Part shown: positions 57,963-64,000 of the stretch, one piece after another
Layout: each line of letters begins with the position of its first letter
Numbering within the stretch: position 1 is the first letter of the stretch
Assembly (NCBI GenBank): GCA_050692555.1
Contig: JBOGVS010000012.1
Coordinates: 5,993-69,992 of the forward strand
Source: Actinomycetota bacterium
GTDB taxonomy: Bacteria; Actinomycetota; UBA4738; CALAEC01
DNA length: 64,000 nt
Direction of reading: 5' to 3'
Translations under genes and position numbers: made by a program
The notes under the pieces: model-generated
Database searches by the model: none
Seen by the model: the letters and a program-made list of their open reading frames with translations, nothing else
Told to the model about the DNA's origin: nothing

Positions 57963-58739
57963 ATGGACTACGTGGAATCGAAGGACGGAACCAGGATCGC
58001 GTTCGATCGGCTGGGTGAGGGACCGCCCGTCGTGCTGGTGAGCGGCGGCTCGGTAGATCGATCGTCGAACGCACCACTGGCGGAGCTCCTGGCCACTCGG
58101 TTCACCGTGTTCAACTACGACCGTCGAGGGCGAGGCCCCAGCGGAGACACGCCTCCGTACGCGGTCCGGCGGGAGGTCGAGGACATCGAGGCGGTGATCG
58201 CCGCTGCTGGTGGATCGGCGCACTCGTATGGCACTTCCTCCGGAGCGAGCCTGGGACTGGAGGCCGCGGCCAGCGCGCTTCCCATCACGAAGCTGGCGCT
58301 GTGGGAGCCGCCGTATGCCCTCGACCCGGACAGCCGGCCACCCGCGGACACCGCGAAGACGGTCACGGAGCTGGTCTCGGCTGGTCGCCGCGGTGACGCG
58401 GTGGAGTTCTTCATGGCCAAGGTGGTCGGTCTGCCCCCAGAGTTCGTGGACCAGGCCAGAACCCAGCCGTTCTGGGCGGCCACCGAGGCCCTGGCCCACA
58501 CGCTGGCCTACGACGCCACGATCATGGGCGACTATTCGCTGCCGGTCGACCGGGCGGCCCTGGTGACCGCGCCCACGCTGGTGATGGCCGGGGCCGCGAG
58601 CTTCCCGTTCTTGCGCGAGACCGCCCAGGCGCTCGCCGACGCTCTCCCCGGCGGACGGGTCCACATCCTCGAGGGCCAGGAGCACAACGTCGCCCCTGAA
58701 GCGATGGCGCCGGTGCTGATGGAGTTCTTCGCCAGCTGA
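57963..58739 (+). CDS. Alpha/beta hydrolase
   Basis: RBS aagggag. GxSxG-like nucleophile elbow (YGTSSGA). ~258 aa. Confidence 0.75.
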   Translation: MDYVESKDGTRIAFDRLGEGPPVVLVSGGSVDRSSNAPLAELLATRFTVFNYDRRGRGPSGDTPPYAVRREVEDIEAVIAAAGGSAHSYGTSSGASLGLEAAASALPITKLALWEPPYALDPDSRPPADTAKTVTELVSAGRRGDAVEFFMAKVVGLPPEFVDQARTQPFWAATEALAHTLAYDATIMGDYSLPVDRAALVTAPTLVMAGAASFPFLRETAQALADALPGGRVHILEGQEHNVAPEAMAPVLMEFFAS

Positions 58740-58751
58740 GAGGGGTCACCT

Positions 58752-59351
58752 GTGAGACGACTGGTAGCCGTTGAGTACGTGTCGGTGGATGGCGTCATTC
58801 AAGCCCCGGGTCATGACGGCGAGGACCCCGAGGGCGGGTTCCGGCACGGCGGGTGGACGGGCCCGTTCATGGATCAGCACCGCAGGTACCTCACGGATCT
58901 GTATTGGGGAGCCGGCGCGTTTCTCCTCGAGCGGACCACCTACGAGATCTTCGCGGCCTACTGGCCGACCGTGACGGATGAGGGTGACAGGATCGCTGCG
59001 GCACTAAACGGCCGCCCCAAGTACGTGGCGTCGACCTCCATGCAGGAGGCTCACTGGCCCCGCACCACGGTCATACACGGCGATGTTGCCGGGAAGGTAG
59101 CCGAGCTCAAGGAACAGTCCGGAGGAGACATCCTGCTCATCGGTAGCTCCCGCCTCGCTCAGACGCTGATCGCGCCTGGGCTCGTGGACCAGTACCAGCT
59201 GTGGTTGCACCCGGTAGTCCTGGGAAGCGGAAAGCGGCTCTTCGGGCCCACGAGGATCGACGTGACGCTCGCGGACGCCAGGACGATCGGCAACGGCCTG
59301 GTCATCCTTACCTACGAACCGATGGGAAGGTCAGGTCGTCGGGAGCCCTAG
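58752..59351 (+). CDS. Dihydrofolate reductase-family protein (RibD C-terminal domain-like)
   Basis: VEYVSVDGVIQ N-terminus and LIGSSRLAQTL motif typical of the DHFR-like family. GTG start. Confidence 0.7.
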   Translation: MRRLVAVEYVSVDGVIQAPGHDGEDPEGGFRHGGWTGPFMDQHRRYLTDLYWGAGAFLLERTTYEIFAAYWPTVTDEGDRIAAALNGRPKYVASTSMQEAHWPRTTVIHGDVAGKVAELKEQSGGDILLIGSSRLAQTLIAPGLVDQYQLWLHPVVLGSGKRLFGPTRIDVTLADARTIGNGLVILTYEPMGRSGRREP

Positions 59352-60512
59352 CGTCTTGGCCACGTTGGAGCGGAGGATCTCCGAGGTCCCCTCGTACAGC
59401 CGCATGGCCCTGACGTCCCGGTACCACACCTCCAGGCCCAGCTCGGTCATGAATCCCTGCCCTCCGTGGACCTGGATGCACCGGTCGGCGATCCGGGCCA
59501 CGGTCTCGGTGGTCACCAGCTTGGCCAGGGCGGCTTCGCGCCGTCCGTCGGCACCGTCGTCGATGTCACCGGCCAGCTTGTAGAGGAGCAGGCGAGCCTG
59601 CTCGAGCTCGGCGAAGGAATCCACGATCATCCCCTGGATGTACTGGTTGGCCCCGATGGGCCGCTCGAAGGCCACCCGGTCCTTGGCGTACTCGGTCATG
59701 CGGTTCAACAGATCCCGGGCGATCCCCAACGCGGTGGCGGCGATCTGGAGCCGTGCGCCGTTGATCCCCTTGACCGCCGAGTAGAACCCAAACCCCGTCT
59801 CGCCCAGGACGTTCTCCTCCGGGACCCGGACGTCCTCGAAGGTCAGCTCCGCGGGGTTCTGGACCGGCGACATGGTCCGCTGCATCCTGGTGACGGAGAA
59901 CCCTTCGGTGTCGGCGTCAACGAGGAACGCGGTGATCCCCCCCTTGGCCCGCTTCTCCGGGTCGGTGACAGCGAACACCAGGGCGAAATCGGCGTCGTCG
60001 CCCCCGGTGATGAAGTGCTTGCGGCCGTTGATCACCCAGTCGCCGTTCCGCTTCTCGGCCCGGGTGCGGATCCGGGTGGCATCCGAACCGGCTTCCGGCT
60101 CCGTCAGCGCGAAGCATGTCGCCTTGTCCGCGGCCATCAGCGGCATCAGGTACTTCTCGCGTTGGGCCTCCGTGCAGTCCAGGTAGATCGGCGTGGGCCC
60201 GGTGACGACGGGAAAGATGGACTCGTTGTGGGTCAGGATCAGCCCGTGCCCGTTGGCCTCCTCGAACAGGAGCACCTGTCCGAGGTACGACAGGCCCATA
60301 CCCCCCACATCCTCGGGCATGTGAAGCGTCCAGAACCCCAGCTCCGCCGAGCGCTTCCGGAGCTTCTTGCGCTCGTCCTTCAGGGGCGCGTAGTTCCCCT
60401 CCAGGATGTCCTGCCGGTAAGACTCCTCCACCGGCCGAACCTCGCGATCGATGAACTGCTTCAGCGAGGAACGAAGCTCGAATAGCTCGTCGGGAATCTG
60501 GATCACGGACAT
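59331..60512 (-). CDS. Acyl-CoA dehydrogenase
   Basis: ACAD domains. C-terminus IQVHGGQGFMTELGLEVWYRDVR, of which a degenerate copy lies at 56808..56950. Confidence 0.85.
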   Translation of the reverse strand: MSVIQIPDELFELRSSLKQFIDREVRPVEESYRQDILEGNYAPLKDERKKLRKRSAELGFWTLHMPEDVGGMGLSYLGQVLLFEEANGHGLILTHNESIFPVVTGPTPIYLDCTEAQREKYLMPLMAADKATCFALTEPEAGSDATRIRTRAEKRNGDWVINGRKHFITGGDDADFALVFAVTDPEKRAKGGITAFLVDADTEGFSVTRMQRTMSPVQNPAELTFEDVRVPEENVLGETGFGFYSAVKGINGARLQIAATALGIARDLLNRMTEYAKDRVAFERPIGANQYIQGMIVDSFAELEQARLLLYKLAGDIDDGADGRREAALAKLVTTETVARIADRCIQVHGGQGFMTELGLEVWYRDVRAMRLYEGTSEILRSNVAKTLGLPTT

Positions 60513-60521
60513 TGCGTCACT

Positions 60522-61622
60522 CTATCGCACCACCTCGAGCTCGCGGGTGGCCCGGTTCAGCCGGGCCGCTCCGGAGTCGGTCACCGTAACGATGTCCTCG
60601 ATCCGAACGCCGAACCGGCCCGGAACGTAGATCCCCGGCTCGATCGAGAAGCACATCCCCGGACGGAGCGGTTCCTCGTTCCCCTCCACGATGTACGGCG
60701 GCTCGTGCTCCTCGAGGCCGATGCCGTGGCCGGTGCGGTGGATGAACAGCCGGCCGCATCCCGCTCGGTCGATCACCCCGCGCGCCGCGCGGTCCACCTC
60801 CTGGGCGGAGATCCCCGGGCGTACGGCCTGGAAGGCGGCCTCCTGGGCCTCCCGGACCACCTCGTAGACGTGGTCGAACTCCTCCGGAGCGCGAACCACC
60901 GCCACGGTCCGGCTGAGGTCCGAGCAGTACCCTCCGGTCCGCCCCCCGAAGTCAAGGACCACGGCATCGCCGGCCTGGATCTCCCGGGGGCCCGGCTCGT
61001 GATGCGGCGACGCAGCGTTCGGTCCGGAGCCCACGATCGTGAACGTCACCTGGTCGTGACCCAGCTCCACCAGCAGCTCCCCCAGGCTGTCGGCGATCTC
61101 TCGTTCCGTCCGGGTCTCCAGGCGGGTGCCGATGATGCGGCTGAAGGCCTCGTCGGCATATCGCGCGGCCCGCTTCAGCATGGCGAGCTCGCCGGTGTCC
61201 TTCACCGCTCGCAGCGGGGCCAGGACCGTGGAGGCCGGGACGAACCGCGCCTCCCGGAACACTCGCTGCAGGCGAAGGAGGTGCGCCGCCCACATCCGGT
61301 CGGAGCACCCCACCCGCTTCGCCGTGCCCACCAGCTCACCGATCAACCGGTACGGATCCTGGGTCTCCCCCCAGGAGGACAGCTCCGCCAGGCGCTCGAC
61401 ACCGCCATCTGCAGCCAGTGATCGCTCCAGCTCCGGCACCAGCACCACGGGATCGCCGCCGGGGCGGATCACCAGGGCCGTCAGGCGCTCGAGAGGGAGC
61501 GGGTCGTAGTCCAGGAGGTAGATCAGATCCGCAGATGGGGTGACCACCAGGGCGTCGAGTCCGGCACGAGCGGTGGCCTCGGCGGCCCATCGGATCCGCT
61601 GGGCCTGGCGCTCCTTGGCCAT
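60522..61622 (-). CDS. M24-family Xaa-Pro aminopeptidase/dipeptidase
   Basis: Creatinase N-terminal domain plus pita-bread metal ligands (DxGG..YCSD, HGIGL, EPG). Confidence 0.8.
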   Translation of the reverse strand: MAKERQAQRIRWAAEATARAGLDALVVTPSADLIYLLDYDPLPLERLTALVIRPGGDPVVLVPELERSLAADGGVERLAELSSWGETQDPYRLIGELVGTAKRVGCSDRMWAAHLLRLQRVFREARFVPASTVLAPLRAVKDTGELAMLKRAARYADEAFSRIIGTRLETRTEREIADSLGELLVELGHDQVTFTIVGSGPNAASPHHEPGPREIQAGDAVVLDFGGRTGGYCSDLSRTVAVVRAPEEFDHVYEVVREAQEAAFQAVRPGISAQEVDRAARGVIDRAGCGRLFIHRTGHGIGLEEHEPPYIVEGNEEPLRPGMCFSIEPGIYVPGRFGVRIEDIVTVTDSGAARLNRATRELEVVR

Positions 61623-61645
61623 CGGCGCATCCTACAATCGCCGCC

Positions 61646-63172
61646 GTGCTGGAGCTCTCCGGGCGGACGCGCCTCGCTCACCTCGGGCGGATGGCTCAGG
61701 ACGAGCTCGATGTCCTGGTGGTGGGCGGGGGGATCACCGGCGCCGGCGTGGCCCTGGACGCGGCGGCACGAGGGCTATCGGTGGGCCTGGTCGAGCGAGA
61801 GGACTTCGCCGCCGGAACCTCCGGCCGGTCCTCCCGTCTGGTCCATGGCGGGGCCCGATACCTGCGCCACGGGGAGTTCGGGCTGGTGTACGAGTCGCTC
61901 CGCGAACGAAACCTGCTGCGCCGACTGGCCCCCCACCTGGTGCGGCCGCTCGGCTTTCTGATCCCCACCCGTCGACCGGTCAACAGGCTGTACATGGGCC
62001 TGGGTCTGTTGATGTACGACGCCGCCACGCTGGGGCGGACCATCGCTCCGCACCGCCGGGTGAGCAGCGCCGAGGCGATCCGCCTGGCCCCCACCCTGGC
62101 TCGGCCCTCCGGCGGCTACCTGTCGTTCGACTGTCGCACTGACGATGCCCGGCTGACCCTGGAGGTCATCCGGACGGCGGCCGGCCAGGGGGCCCTGGTG
62201 GCCAACCACGCCTCGGTCGAAGGGTTCCTGGGCCAGGGGCGGGTTCGCGGCGCCGCGGTCGTGGACCGGATCGAGGGCGGCCGGATGGAGGTCCGGGCCC
62301 GAGTGGTGGTCAACGCCACCGGCGCGTGGGCCGGAGCCGTCCAGGGACTGGCCAGCTCCACCCCCACCCGGCTGCGACCCAGCAAGGGCATCCACGTGGT
62401 CCTGGACCGGCATCGACTCCCGATCCGGTCTGCGGTGATGGTTCCCTCCGTGGCTCGGGACGGCAGCCTGATCTTTGCAGTGCCCTGGGGGCCCCGGGTG
62501 TACGCGGGGACCACCGACTCGCCGTACGACGGGGATCTCGACGTCCCCGCCGCCGACCCCCAGGACGTGGCCATCGTCATGGACTCGTTGGCCCGGGCGT
62601 TCGAGGGCCTGTCGGCTGCCGACGTGATGACCACCTGGGCCGGCATCCGACCCCTGCTGGACACCGGCGGGGGCTCAACCCGGGACCTGTCGCGACGGCA
62701 CTTCATCTCGGAGGACCCGCCGGGACTGGTGACCGTTACCGGCGGGAAGCTGACCACGTACCGGTCCATGGCTCAGGACGTGGTCGACGGCGTGTGCCGC
62801 ACATTGCGGCGAGGCGGTCCCTGCCGCACGAGAACCATCCCGATCGGCCTGTCAGGGCCCCTGGATCACGAACGCCACCGGGCCGGCGAGGAGGCTCCAC
62901 GCCTCGGTCTATCCCCATCGGCCGGGGCCCGCCTGGTGGAGCGATACGGAGACGACTGGGAGACCGCCGCGACCATGATCCGGGAGCACCCGGCGCTCGG
63001 AGAGGAGATCATCCCGGGCCTCCCCGTCCTGCGGGTGGAGCTCGAGCTGGCCGCGATCCGGGAGATGGCCCTCGAGCCGGACGACGTCCTGGTACGCAGG
63101 ACCCGGCTGGCCACCATGGACCCCGGCGCCCGTTTGGCCAGCTTGGGCTGGGGGAAAGGTCACCATCGCTGA
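61646..63172 (+). CDS. glpD: FAD-dependent glycerol-3-phosphate dehydrogenase
   Basis: DVLVVGGGITGAGVALDAAARG dinucleotide motif. ~508 aa GlpD/DAO architecture. Confidence 0.8.
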   Translation: MLELSGRTRLAHLGRMAQDELDVLVVGGGITGAGVALDAAARGLSVGLVEREDFAAGTSGRSSRLVHGGARYLRHGEFGLVYESLRERNLLRRLAPHLVRPLGFLIPTRRPVNRLYMGLGLLMYDAATLGRTIAPHRRVSSAEAIRLAPTLARPSGGYLSFDCRTDDARLTLEVIRTAAGQGALVANHASVEGFLGQGRVRGAAVVDRIEGGRMEVRARVVVNATGAWAGAVQGLASSTPTRLRPSKGIHVVLDRHRLPIRSAVMVPSVARDGSLIFAVPWGPRVYAGTTDSPYDGDLDVPAADPQDVAIVMDSLARAFEGLSAADVMTTWAGIRPLLDTGGGSTRDLSRRHFISEDPPGLVTVTGGKLTTYRSMAQDVVDGVCRTLRRGGPCRTRTIPIGLSGPLDHERHRAGEEAPRLGLSPSAGARLVERYGDDWETAATMIREHPALGEEIIPGLPVLRVELELAAIREMALEPDDVLVRRTRLATMDPGARLASLGWGKGHHR

Positions 63173-63214
63173 GCCACGCACGGCCCGCTTGGGGATGGGG
63201 AAGGAGGAGAGGCC

Positions 63215-63436
63215 ATGATGGCCTTCCTGGCACAGGCAAACGAAGGAGCAACCGACACGATCCTGTGGATCATCGCCGCGGTGCTGGTGATCGCGGGGAT
63301 CGTTTCGATCATCCGCGGAACCATGGTCGCCGGGATCGTGCTCATCGTCCTGGGACTGCTGGTGGGTCCCGGCGGCGTGAGCTTGTTCGACTACCGGTTC
63401 AGATCTTCAGCGCGACGATCTGAGGCAGGACCGTGA
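63215..63436 (+). CDS. Small membrane protein (2 TM)
   Basis: RBS ggaaggagga. Two hydrophobic helices. 73 aa. Confidence 0.45.
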   Translation: MMAFLAQANEGATDTILWIIAAVLVIAGIVSIIRGTMVAGIVLIVLGLLVGPGGVSLFDYRFRSSARRSEAGP

Positions 63437-64000
63437 AGGTGACCGGGGTGGTCCCCAGGACCTCCCCGTCGCCTTCCACGGGCAGGGGCCGCTCGCCGTC
63501 CACGGAGATCACCTTCCCCCGCATCTCCTTGATGTTCGGGTGCGGCACGTGCTCGCCCTTGTAGATCTTGGGGATCATGGTAAACGCGTCGGACTTGGGC
63601 CCGGTGCTGATCTGCACTTCGATGAGCCCATCGCCCGGATACGATCGCGGTGAGATCTTCATGCCGCCGCCGTAGAACTGGCAGTTGGCCACCACGATGT
63701 TGTTGGCCCGGCCCGAGAACTCCTTCCGATCAACCTTCACGTCGAGCTCCGAGGGCCGGTACCGTCCCACGGAGAGCCAGAACCCCCAGAAATACCTCGA
63801 ACGGCCCAGCCACCGCGGGAGCCGCTCGGCGCGGACCACCACCGCGCCCCCCAGCCCCACCTCGGCGATGTTGGGCACGTACCGCACCACGGACCCGCCG
63901 CGGTCTCGATACTCCGCCTTGATCACGTCGATCGGGTACAGGCGATCGCCTTCGAGGTGACGAACCGCTCGCGTGGCATCTCCCGGCAGCCCGAAGGTCC
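63399..64000 (-). CDS. Diacylglycerol-kinase-like lipid kinase (YegS/BmrU family), C-terminal part; N-terminus lies beyond the window end
   Basis: C-terminal DAGK-accessory domain pattern. The ORF is open to the window edge. Confidence 0.6.
   Translation of the reverse strand, partial: TFGLPGDATRAVRHLEGDRLYPIDVIKAEYRDRGGSVVRYVPNIAEVGLGGAVVVRAERLPRWLGRSRYFWGFWLSVGRYRPSELDVKVDRKEFSGRANNIVVANCQFYGGGMKISPRSYPGDGLIEVQISTGPKSDAFTMIPKIYKGEHVPHPNIKEMRGKVISVDGERPLPVEGDGEVLGTTPVTFTVLPQIVALKI

Overview
This is a ~70% GC segment of what looks like an actinobacterial-type chromosome, with dense, mostly operonic coding and many 1–4 nt start/stop overlaps. I found no rRNA, tRNA or CRISPR array. Contents from 5' to 3' are as follows. 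(1) An SDR dehydrogenase and two divergent CUT2-type sugar ABC transporters. The second transporter heads a nine-gene overlapping operon: SBP, ATPase, permease, IclR, DgoK-like kinase, FAH-family hydrolase, SMP-30 lactonase, Zn-ADH and DapA-family aldolase. This looks like a mixed sugar-acid catabolic pathway. (2) A low-GC vapBC toxin-antitoxin cassette that overlaps the 3' end of cobA. (3) A siroheme/sulfite-reductase unit (cobA, sirC-like, mini zinc-ribbon ORF, sirA/nirA with an N-terminal Cys-rich extension). (4) A HAD hydrolase, membrane proteins, a PadR regulator with palindromic operators, an Lnt-Ppm1 fusion and a DUF4193 protein. (5) A tightly coupled nurA-herA-mre11(sbcD)-rad50(sbcC) four-gene operon, i.e. 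archaeal-type DNA end-resection machinery. This is the most notable system in the window. (6) kamD-kamE-kal (beta-lysine 5,6-aminomutase plus 3-aminobutyryl-CoA ammonia-lyase-like hotdog) preceded by secreted and small membrane proteins. (7) A CrtI-like FAD oxidoreductase, an EamA transporter and an amidohydrolase. (8) A complete overlapping his operon, hisD-C-B-H-A-F-I-G. (9) A compact reverse-transcriptase ORF with a coupled small ORF, wedged between hisG and an M20 peptidase. (10) kamA-GNAT-kdd with a divergent Lrp regulator. (11) An FtsH-like protease, two acyl-CoA dehydrogenases, cysS and an F420-type LLM oxidoreductase. (12) A ~55% GC islet with a small membrane protein, next to a mosaic pseudogene scar that duplicates the acyl-CoA dehydrogenase 3' end fused to the LLM 5' end. 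(13) AraC/VOC, an alpha/beta hydrolase, a DHFR-family protein, an M24 peptidase, glpD and a partial lipid kinase. All functional calls rest on recognisable motifs in the supplied translations. Within-ORF start coordinates were derived by counting residues in the ORF track.
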